A DNA stretch of 41,301 nucleotides from Phoronis australis (lineage: Eukaryota; Animalia; Phoronida). A program made the position numbers and the translations under genes. Below, one piece after another: positions 1 through 10,690 of this stretch. The notes under the pieces were generated by a model that saw only the letters and a program-made list of their open reading frames with translations, did no database searches and was not told the DNA's origin. How positions within the stretch are numbered: position 1 is the stretch's first letter; every line of letters begins with the position of its first letter. The stretch lies in contig NMRA01000500.1 of assembly GCA_002633005.1 (NCBI GenBank), forward strand, positions 267,248 to 308,548, given 5' to 3'.

Positions 1-368
1 CTCACACCAAATTGCAACTGTTTGTGCAGCTTTCGGGCTCCTCCCGAACTTGGTTGCCAACAATTTAGCCCCAGCAATTCTCGGGCTCCTCCCGAGCTTG
101 ATTGCATCTCACCTTTCGGATCTGAATAACCAAATTGCCCCGTTCTTGCACACACGACTATTAATCAGCGACTGACTTGCCCGTGTATCAAAACTGTATA
201 AATCACAACGCTGCGATACTAAATCATGGAACAACTGGATTGCCACATGTAAGTGTGAAATATTGTAGTTATATATTCTTACAATAAACCTATGTATCAT
301 TCACCAACTTTTAGTTTTCAATGTCACCCTCAGTCCGCACCGGGCTCGTAAAAACCGCCCCCGTTACA
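1..368 (+). mobile_element. Probable 3' part of an LTR (Gypsy-like), truncated by the window edge
   Basis: Ends ...CCCCCGTTACA (368), a typical LTR CA terminus. AATAAA at ~284 and a duplicated ~26-bp motif (TCGGGCTCCTCCCGA, ~33 and ~81). No TGG primer-binding site follows. The 5' end is not visible. Confidence 0.35.
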
Positions 369-1749
369 AATAAGTACCGTACAAAATATGTACTTAAAAT
401 AAAACTTCTCTTGAGCTCAAGAACGTACGCAACTAAAGAATGTTAATAGGTACCATTTCGTCGCTAGTTGTCAACTATTGAATTTATAAACGAAGCTCTT
501 TGATGTTTAAAATTGATTACCGTGTTTATGCGAGCTAGAATTGTTATAGAATGAGCCTACAACCTAAGTCCTAGCTACAACTCGGGCAACAGGCAAGCGC
601 GAGTCTTTCCGAATTCCATAAGAGTAAAAGGCCTAATTTCTTCAACCACTTTTTGCTCTAATATAGCATTTTTTGTAAAAAAAAACATTGCAAACCATAG
701 CGCTGACGAAAACGAGTCAAAATACGGCGAAGTGTCAAGATGCATTGCATATATACCTACTTAGGCCTACTTGTTAGAGGCTACTACATGTAGTAACTGC
801 CGTGTGAGTGTTGTTCAACTTCTTGGTAACTCCTTTGGTTCTGTCGAGCAAGGCTCGTGATATGAGATTATTTCGACATAATAGATTGCTAGTATAAGCC
901 AAAGCGAATATATGAAAACTTTATCATAAACATATGGCAAAAATGCGTGTTAATTACCGAAAATACGCAGCGTTATGGCGCTACAAGTAGCACTGCAGAA
1001 ACGGCAGTGAATACGTGGCAAATACGTAATTCCCGTAGATGTATCGGTTCTAGCCAGTTAATAGGAGGAAATTCAGCTTTAAAGCGTCACTTTCGGCTGA
1101 CCACAAAAAGTTGCAAAATTTGTAAATTGTAATTAGTTAGATTTATTCCTTGACTTCCGTCTACGTCATCGCCACAAATTCTCATTTTCGAGCAACAACC
1201 ACACAAAAGATGATCCACAGCGGGAGATATGGATATATTTGTACAGCGGGTATCAGAAGCAGTTTTGGATGTACCTGTGCGGTTACCAGAGGCAGATATA
1301 TATCATTATACTTCTACCTCCGGTGCCGGTGAATGTTCAGAGTCCAATTGCTTCATGGGCCGGCGGCGCACCACTGAAAAATGGGAGGCTTTCTCACGGT
1401 GAATCAATGTAGCACAAAGGGTTATTTTACGCGTTGTTTGACGGGTCTGCGTTTTAGTGTTTAAATCCCTTTTCCTAAAGTTGTGTCGCTAAAGCAATGC
1501 CAGGACTACCCAGAATAGCAAAAACCTTCGATAAAGAGATTTTAAAGCCCCTTTGAAGTGATTTTTGTCTTGGTTATTACTCTAAAACACAACTATAAAC
1601 AGGTTACTCGACCACATAAAACATCTCAAATACCTCATATGACGATAGAAAATAATTGCTAACCCCTAACACACCATGACGGCATCCGCAAGTAAAAAGA
1701 ACGTCGACAAGTCAATTCTTTTGACAATGCTGACCAACTTTCCTGAAAC

Positions 1750-1777
1750 CATAGAACTCTAGCCCTAGGGTTCTATG
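1750..1777. mobile_element. 28-bp hairpin micro-element CATAGA...TCTATG
   Basis: CATAGAACTCTAG-CC-CTAGGGTTCTATG, a 12/13 inverted repeat with the same termini as 26248-26271 and 31447-31473. Flanks match only partly (CTGAAAC/CTGAGCT). Confidence 0.45.
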
Positions 1778-2104
1778 CTGAGCTGAGCCGCTTCCACGCA
1801 ACTGGGCTTGTTAGGGATAATTACCCAATAATTTTCGTTTTCGGGTCGTAAGACTAAAAAAAAGAAAACCTCATTTCAAATAAAAGCTATCAAATGAATG
1901 AGTCAAATTTCAACCTCTGATACGCTCTTGGTAATGCTGTATTGCCTGTTCTGCATGAATCGCTTTTCATAACGTTATACACGCAAAGCTCTCGACTTCT
2001 ATGAATATAACAAACAAAATCCATTTTACAGTAACATTGAGAGTGCTTATTGTACATAGGTTTTTTTTCCTGTAATAGTGTGTCTTGAGTATACTAATAG
2101 TCCT

Positions 2105-2525
2105 TATTTATGATGTGGATATGTTATTATGTTGTTGATCTGAGTACCAGTTTTCAATACACGAAACTCTATATATTATTACAAACATTCTCGAAGACTA
2201 CATTGCCCGGTTGCGTGAAACAGACCCACATGGGGAATAGCCAAGTGATCAAAATCTACTGCGTATTTGTGGGATTGTGGAAACACTGGTTGTCTTGCCT
2301 TGTACTGTTTGATTCTCATTACCAATTCAAATCAAGTAAATTTTGACTTTGATACAAAACGAGAGTGAACGTTACGTTGAATTCTCTATATTATTGAAAG
2401 TACGAAGGGATCTTTTCATGCAACGCCCCTAACTAAAGGACTGAGTTCCTAATTGTTCTGGTTGAATTTGGGGCTCAGTTTTAGTTATATTATTAGAAAA
2501 TGCCATTAGTCAAAGAGCTCATAAT
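2105..2525 (+). repeat. Dispersed ~420-bp repeat, copy 1
   Basis: Aligns directly with 25965-26415 (e.g. GAAGACTACATTGCCCGGTTGCGTGAAACAG and GGGATCTTTTCATGCAACGCCCCTAACTAAAGGAC) and in inverted orientation with 3720-3960. Confidence 0.85.
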
Positions 2526-2735
2526 AAAGAAACTTTCATCTTTGTTATTTCTCTTCAACGTTTAAGTAATAAATCGATACATTTAAAATTGTAAGTTTCT
2601 TTCACTGGAGAAAACTTGTAACTTAACGTGCACTCACATACATATAGGATGTGATGCACCACGTGAACAGTATGGGTATTTAACAAACTGCCGGAAATAA
2701 AAGAAACATTCGACGCGTATGGGATGAGTACAATC

Positions 2736-2815
2736 TGGGTCGATACACGGAATAATGTCTCGTGGGATATTACTTCATGTACACCACTCTCAGTACGTTT
2801 TGTGTGTATATGTTT
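2736..2815 (+). repeat. Short dispersed repeat family (other copies 14457-14535 + and 23383-23458 -)
   Basis: Shared core GGTCGATAC(A/G)CGGAATAATGTCTCGTGGGATATTA...CCACTCTC(A/G)GTAC. The copy near 23.4 kb is reverse-complemented. Confidence 0.75.
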
Positions 2816-2904
2816 GCGAGAAAAGCAAGAACTCGCAAAACTTCGCGAAATCTCGTAAGTGAAAGGAAAACGTTTCGCCAGTATGCTCAAAGAAAAGACT
2901 GCAT

Positions 2905-3255
2905 TTTGGCCGCCGCCATTCGTGTGTCATGGACCGTAGCGACTCCTAGCAGGTGTGTGTGCGCCGACGAAGCAAGCGAGACGTCGACTACCATGCCGAT
3001 TTTATTTTTGTCAAATTCAAACTTGTGAAGTGCCTTTGTTTAAAATATTCGGAACAAAAATATGAGCAGTGTAATAGAAAAATACATATAGGCAAAATAT
3101 AGAGTAAATCAAAAAAAAAATGGGCAGCAAAGTAATATAAATTAGGAGAAATACATCATAAGCAAGAGGGTGATCAGAGATAACCACATGAAAAAAGGTG
3201 ATTGGAGTGTGGGCAGGTACAGAACCTGTAAGATTTTGTCAATGGGGGTTCAGGG
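2905..3255 (+). repeat. Local direct duplication, arm 1 (partner 6842-7205)
   Basis: Shared GTGTGTGCGCCGAC, TTGTCAAATTCAAA, ATGAGCAGTG, GAGAAATACATCATAA and GGTGATTGGAG in the same order. Confidence 0.8.
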
Positions 3256-3501
3256 AAGGAGAGCAGCGAAAAAGGGGAAGGGGGAGCCCATCAACCAAAA
3301 GGTTGGGGGCGGAGATCGGTTTTCTGCCAACCGGTATTCCTGGAGCTTTCCTCTCCTCAACCATTTAATATTTCTTACGCCAATGTCCAAAACACTGGTC
3401 TAGATCTTTGTTTCGAAAATTCACACATTACGACATTCTACATTGAAGCAAGGGGAGTTGTTGTGCCCAGTTACATGAAACAGTGCCAAATAGCGACTCA
3501 A

Positions 3502-3632
3502 CAGGGGCTGATCCAGGGTTTTTATGAGGGTGGTCTAAGTCAACCATTTGAACATTCTAGATTGGATACCACTAAAATCAACTGGGAAAATGGGAGTCTG
3601 GACCCCTTTGACTTCCCCTGGATCCACCTGTA
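3502..3632. mobile_element. Short non-autonomous TIR element with 5-bp TSD CTCAA
   Basis: Left end CAGGGGCTGATCCAGGG, decayed right end CCCTGGATCCACCTGTA. CTCAA at 3497-3501 and 3633-3637. Confidence 0.6.
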
Positions 3633-3719
3633 CTCAAGTGAGTTGCCTTAATCATGCGGTATTTGTTTTGTCCTTTACTCTGAGTTGTTGCTTTTTTCTA
3701 TCATTTTATCTTTATTGAG

Positions 3720-3960
3720 AGCCCCTGTTTTTACTTAATGACGTTTTCTAATAATATAACTAAAAACTGAGCCCTTTGAATTATAATTCAGTCAAATATT
3801 TCGGGACTTAGTCCTTCAATTAGGGGTGTTGCAGGAAAAGATCCCTACTTATTTTCAATAATATTGAGAATTCAACGAAGATAACTCACAAATAGGCAGT
3901 AGATTTAGGGAATATAGTGGAGTAGCTATTTGGGACAGTTTCATGCAACCGGGCACTGGA
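3720..3960 (-). repeat. Inverted, more diverged copy of the 2105-2525 repeat
   Basis: TTAGGGGTGTTGCAGGAAAAGATCCCT and TTTCATGCAACCGGGCA are near reverse complements of motifs at ~2405-2432 and ~2204-2220. Confidence 0.75.
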
Positions 3961-4889
3961 CCCCCAGCTTCAGTGCCTGATGGTATTTGAAATGGGTAGC
4001 GAATTGCGGTGGGTTGTGGTGAATGACACTGGTGGCAACAGGGATAGGGGGTTGAAAACCAGCAAGAGATGGAATTCCTGCCTGCAGTCCAGTAAACCTG
4101 CCTTGTATGCACCCATAAAACAGCCAAGATACCTATTGAATACACATTCCATTTAGGGTAGTTTTTACGATGCTTTCCAGCTCTCGTAAACCATTCACAT
4201 TTTATTAAATTAACTATCAGCAATTAGTTAAAGGCATATTCGAGAGATAAAAATGACTAACTTGAAGGAAAATAACACAAAGGCGCCTTCTTTCCTGACT
4301 TGATGTTTTAAGACCCGTGTCAAAACAAAAATCCAAACAAACGACATCGTTACTTAGCGTAACGAGGTTTCTAAGGTAATGCACATACTACCGAAGTACC
4401 CACCGATGTAACGCTCAATATGCTTTTAAAAGAACACTTCCTCTGGCAATGAAGTTCATACCATGCTAGAAAAAGAATGTGCACGTCGAACTGCAGTCAA
4501 AATTGCACAACAGGCAAAGCTTCTCCGGCATATACCATGGCATGGTTCGATAAACGTTGCTGAGCCATTTTGACAATAATTTTGGACATGCAATATTTCG
4601 TGAAAATAGGATGGTACAGCACTTAAATTAGTCTAAAAATGAAGTATCCCGGTCATAAATTTAAATGCAGTGAAGTTTTACCAACATCTGTCAAGTCGCA
4701 TTGAAAAATAATTGGCAGACAAGGAAAATATTGTGGATGCAGAAAAATGCTGCAGTAATGTCCAAATTCTAATCGCACAAGCGAGCTTAAACAGTGTATA
4801 CGAAATAACAAGTGCTATTCAATGATTTATTAACAGGGGAAACACAATGCACACACTATTGCACCTTAAATGATATAGTTTTAGGTGTA

Positions 4890-5200
4890 TTCATCACTAT
4901 CATATAGATATAGATTATTGACCAATGGCAGCCATAAATAATAAATAAATAAAAAATAATAAATGAATAATAATAAATAAATAATAAAGTATAGATAAAA
5001 TGAAATAATTTATATGCTAATATAACAATAATAAAATTGGTAAATAAATAGTAATAGTAAACATAATTATCTTTTAGATCTGAATATATTTAGAAAGTGG
5101 TTAGAGGCATCAACGGGGACAGAATCAACTAATCAGTAGTTCCCAAAATCATGCAAACCATTTACATAATTTTCTACGTAAGTGACCAAATGCAGGAAAT
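4890..5200 (+). repeat. Local direct duplication with AT-rich (AATAAAT) tract (partner 7710-8080)
   Basis: Shared ATTATTGACCAA, AGTAATAGTAAAC, ATCTTTTAGATCTGAAT and CCAAAATCATGCAAAC. Confidence 0.75.
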
Positions 5201-6841
5201 GAAGTAAATCAAAACTTTATTGTTTGAAATGTTTACAGTACTGTATCTTAATGTGTTGTTTCTGTGTGAACATTTTTCTTGTCCTTCTCGTTCTGGATAA
5301 TATGGAAGTGTGCTTGTTATTGACAGAAAAAATTGCGATTCCACACATCATAGTCGCATAAAAGGGGTACATTGATTGGTGTAAAAATTAATATTGGTAG
5401 AAATTAATAATGCAATTTAAAACGCTAGTTCCGCGGCGTGTCAAGTTGTTTTACAGCAGAGTCTATAATACAACATTTTGAACTGTGAGACAATGTCGTT
5501 TCAAACTACAAATTACCAGTTCGCTTCGCTAAGATGAATAAGGTACTAGGACAAGTAATACCAGGAAGTGGTTATCTCTTCCTGGTAATACTAGATAGTT
5601 AAAAAAGTAGCGTATCAGTGAAGTAATTTTCCTTGAGACACCCCTTACATGCGTTTTATTTTTTGAAAAAACGTATGCATATTAATCTAATTACTATTTC
5701 TTGGTATAATGTGAAGTAGACAATTTCAATCACCTTTCGGGAGTCTGTGCAAATGCATACATCGACCTGCGGCTTCGGCCGCCCAAGCAGTGGTGTTCAC
5801 AGGCACGCGCGGGTAAGCGATGTATACACTATGTGCTTGCCTTACCAACCAGTACAGGGGGGTTTTGGTGTCTGCATTCTTCTTTTTTCATTGAAATACT
5901 TAATGTTAACATATCAGTTTTTATAACTCTATCATTCTGCAAAATTTTGCTGCCAAATTTTATTCAAACTGTTTTACGCCCTCAAATCCGAATGCGCACA
6001 TGTACACAAACATGTACAGTTCCATTGGTCAATTGTTGCATAAATGACACGACTTTACATAAACGCATATTGTTCATAGATTTACATGGGTTTCTATTAA
6101 TTTTTTCTACGTTTTGTTCAAGTGTTTCACGGCAAACGCATGCCTCAAATATTTTTGTTAGAATAAATCAAGTGGCGTCGGGTCAAGGAATTTTTAGACA
6201 AATACTAAAAACTTTGGTAATGCAGTGACGTAATGGCTCGCCGGAGAGTGGCCCCCTTGACAGCTGATCGTCTTGTCGGTTTGAAAACAAGCGGAACTGA
6301 AAAATAGGTACTAGACAATTATAGCGACGAAAAAGGTTAATCATTGAAGAATACCATTTTCTAATCTTTATTTCAGTGATTGTCTTTTTGACCGTTGAGC
6401 CGGCAAAATCTCCCTGGCCCTATCAACACTCCGTGAGAATTTCAGCCAAAGCATTAGGAATTTTGTCTTTGCAATGGCTTATATGACCGTTTGCGCAATA
6501 CGACATGGGCCACAGTTTTACATTGCTTTATGTTACCAATATTTTAGAACCTCGTCAGTATGTAAATTTTCAAATTTTATTCTGAAAATTACCCGGCTTC
6601 CATAAGGCCACGTGCTTTTGTTTACATAGCGTTCATCATCAATATATGGCGGACCGCGTGCCACGCGCTGTCCGGCTTGCGAGTATGGGCGCGTCGTCTC
6701 TAAATATATATATAGCTCGTTGACAATAATGGCCACAGTTGCCTTCCAAGGGGATTTCGCTAGGAGATTTATCTCCCTCTCTACGGTCTCTGTCTGAAGC
6801 TTATTAAGTTAAATCAAAGACGTTAACAAGACTATTCACAA

Positions 6842-7205
6842 AGGCCGCCGACATTATAACGTGACGGACCGTGGCGACACCTAGCGGGCGTGTGTGCGCC
6901 GACAAAGTACGCGAGACGTTGATTACGGGCCAATTTCAGTTTGTCAAATTCAAAATTGAGAAGTGTCTTTGCTTAAAGTATTGGAAACAAAAAACATGAG
7001 CAGTGCCATGGAAAATACACGTAGGCAAAATCTAGACTCGGTATATCAAGTCAAAACTTGGGCAGTACAGGTAATAAGAAGTACGAGAAATACATCATAA
7101 AAAAGAGTGTGATTCAGTAATCAGAGGTAAACAGGTGAAAATAGGTGATTGGAGGGTGAGCAGGTACAAAACACGTAGGATTTTGTCCAGGGAGGTCAGG
7201 AAAGT
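6842..7205 (+). repeat. Local direct duplication, arm 2 (partner 2905-3255)
   Basis: Same ordered motifs as 2905-3255. Confidence 0.8.
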
Positions 7206-7709
7206 AATAAACATAAGACAGACCTGCTGAAGAAGAGGTAGGAGCAAAAACACTCTCACACTCTGCATTCCCTTCATTGTCCAAACTCGTTTATTATTTT
7301 ATCTTCTCCACTTAATCCATTTTTAACATTCATAGCGAGAGTAAATTTAACTACGTCGAAGCCTTTTAGAGTACTATATTGAAAATGAATAGCAGGGCTG
7401 AATTTATTTCCATTGAATGATCCAATTTTAGGAGGCATGTACATTTATTTTCCTTAAAATACTAGAGCCCAGCTTTCAGATTATTAGAAAATTTCATGAA
7501 TAAAAGAGAACCTTATAATAAAGATGAAGAGGCAAGAAAAATACCATAAATGAGTAAACAAAGTGCGTAAACAAAGTCCACAGAGTGGTGATATGAGTTT
7601 CTAGTCCAAGTTTGCATATTCATGCAACAAACTCACAGCCCAAATATGGAAAATTATTAAGCGGGTTACCAAACCATACAATTAATATTCATTATGTACT
7701 GAAGTCCAT

Positions 7710-8080
7710 ATCATGATTATATAATATAAATTATTGACCAACGATGGCCAGAATGTTAACTGTATGGGATCACAAGAAATAATTTAAATAAGTAACAACA
7801 AATCAATAAAAACAATGAATAAATAAATAAAAATAAATAGTAATAAATAAAGAATAATACAACAAATATATGATAATATAACAATAATAAAATTAGTAAA
7901 TAAATAAGTAGTAATAGTAACTGTTATAATCTTTTAGATCTGAATGTATTAAGACTGCAGAAAGAAATGAAAAAAAAGTAATCAATGGGCATAGAATAAA
8001 CTGATCAACAGTTACCAAAATCATGCAAACAATAAACGATAATTTTCTATATAAGCGATCAAATGCAGGGAACAGTAAAG
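7710..8080 (+). repeat. Local direct duplication (partner 4890-5200)
   Basis: Same ordered motifs as 4890-5200. Confidence 0.75.
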
Positions 8081-10588
8081 ACATCAAGTTCAAATCACCC
8101 GGTCCATCACTGAATGACTGGCAGCAGTTTCACACAAAAACATTATTTGTTTCAATCGTGAACATCATCTATCTTAATCAGTGGGGAAGCAAAAAAGTCA
8201 CGAATTTTCAATTAACTGTTGTTGCAGACGAAAGTATTGCAAAAAGCACCGTTGCTTTTTACCGACTGGAGCCGTCATGTCTTGCCATATTTGTTTATTG
8301 CACACACGTCCGCTAGACGTCTCTACGGTCCATGAAACAACAATGGCCGCCAGTGGCCGTCCAATGGGATTTCGCTAGGTGGTTTGTCTCCCTCTCTACG
8401 GTTTCTGGTTAAATTAAAGACCTGGTCGCACGCGTTGTTAACCCTTATTACATGGTTAGAGGATGTTATAAGGATCCAAGAAGTACTTACCCCATAACTA
8501 ATACAAGATCCGTACTCGAAAAAAAGTTTAAATTAACGCGCCACTCACGATTCGCACCCGAAGAACCACCGCCATTTTGAACTTGCCGAGAACCCGGAAG
8601 TACAATTCATTCAGGAACCCAGGCTAAGAAAACGCCGTCAGTGTAAATGGTCGAGTGCCTGTTACCAGCCTACAAACGGGGATAAAATAATCGACAGCGC
8701 GCCTTAATTTTAATAAAATCAAAACACGGACAATTTTATCAAATTTGCTGAAGAAATGTGGCGAATAAATTTTGACAGAAATTACTTTGCCGCACTCGGG
8801 ACCGCAGCCTATCGGACAGTGAGGGTGCGGATCGAGACAAGACACTGGCGAACGGTAAAGGCATGAGGTTACAAGCTGTTTTGTCGAAGTAAAATGTTCA
8901 AATCATAAATGCCGCATATATTCAAAAGTAGTTTCAGACACTTGCATAAAATTACGGGCTGATTACTCCTGTGTCACACTGCCGCGGCAGCGTTAGCTAA
9001 CCTCAGTGCCAGCTACCAGTATGAAGATTATTGTCAAAATACAGCTGGTTAGTAGGCCTATACAGCTTTGTGCCAAGACTACCCTTAGGCCTACCTGGTC
9101 CCTGGCCGCAGCGCTCGCTCAAACGAGGCTTATTTAGAACTTGGGGTCTTCTGGCGTACTGTGCAAAGGCTTTTAACAGAGATTTGCCCAGACTTTGCAT
9201 AGTGAGCGCACCAAGCCTAAAAAATGGGGGCTGGAATTTTTGGGAATGTCTACCTTTTACTATAAGATTCACTGGTATGATGTTCAGAGCTATGAATTGC
9301 AGACGCTAACTTTTGGTACTTCCTGTCTACTAGTGGACTTTTGTCTCGTTTTCTACTTTTTTCGGAGTTCGTGCTTCTCTGACTGAGGCAGACCTTTTTC
9401 CATTTCTCCAAATAGGGGGCTCGTTCGAGCACATAAGTATGACAAGTCCAATACAAAATGTTATAATTTTTTATTCATTAAGCCAAAATGATTCAACCTT
9501 TTAACATAATAAGTAACTTAAAATGCACAATACTTTACAACATTTAGCATTACAAACACTATTCAACAGCACAAATTTCCATGATATGAAAGTGGACATA
9601 CATGAAAATATTACCAGTGTTTCTTTACACCAGAATTTGACAAGCATGATTTAAAAAATATGAAGTTGCAAGGAACAAGAATTGGAGGCTTGAAGATTCG
9701 CAATCGAACATAAGCTTATTTCTCTAACTAAGATTCTTCATATTGTTGACTTGATAACCTGAATTAAGAAGCAATAAGTTACAAAACATGACTTCAAAGC
9801 AATTTAGACATAAAATTTAGAAAAATGTGAATCATTTTGTGACACCTAATCAGCAATTGACAGTCAAACAAAAAAAACTCAAAATTACTTCAACTAATCT
9901 ACGTATTTTTTAGCTTGGTGTAAGATCACCTGAATGACAAATTCACAGTAAAATAATTCGAATATATCTCACATTTTTGGCACAAAAACACGAAAATTGA
10001 ACACAGTTTCTTTTTTGTAGCAACGTTTGTTAAAATGTATCAACGTCAAAATCTTCACAAATTACAAAATAACAGGTTGAACATGCCTTCCAGTTCAGCT
10101 AAAGTCGCCATGTTGCTGCCGCCAGAAATGAGTCCAACGGGAATTGTGAGCACATTTATCACTTAAAAGTAACAACTGCGACGCTGAAATTTGGTGAAAA
10201 CTGTTGAATCGTGCAGAATAGTAAGCAAAGATATGTCTCACTAAATTTCACCGTAAATTGTTGGCGAAAACAATTTACTCATAGTTTTAAACTCGTAACT
10301 TATCCCGCTGCCCTCCAATATGGCCGACGCGATCCAAACAAAGTGACCCAAATTTCGCCACAAAAATTGCAATAACTACACTGCTTGTCCCAGCAAACAG
10401 CTGTGAGATTTGTTGTGTGCATCCTATCTTACCAAAATAGTGGCCACTACATTTGTCTGGTCGGTGAGGTTGGATTATTGAATAGTGCTTCTATTTGTTA
10501 TGTGAAAATGTTTCGCCACATATCTCTTACGGACTACGGAACGTAGCCGTGAAAGCATCCAATATCACAGAATATTGCCAATTAGTAG

Positions 10589-10690
10589 TTATGTGTGGCA
10601 GCATCTTCTTTTCTCCCGTTCCTCCTTTGCATGTAATTTAATTGAAGGTAATGACGTTACGGAATCCCCAGATTGCATGAGAATAGTCAT
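10589..10690 (-). CDS. Rab copy A terminal exon (hypervariable tail, CCHT prenylation motif)
   Basis: tctatttcag|ATG ACT ATT...AGA AGA TGC TGC CAC ACA TAA; conserved with 30172-30276. Confidence 0.88.
   Translation of the reverse strand: MTILMQSGDSVTSLPSIKLHAKEEREKRRCCHT

Noticed and set aside
109-9456. Numerous 60-130-aa ORFs in the ORF track
   Set aside because: No recognisable motifs, many start at non-ATG codons, and they overlap repeats; consistent with chance ORFs in eukaryotic non-coding DNA.
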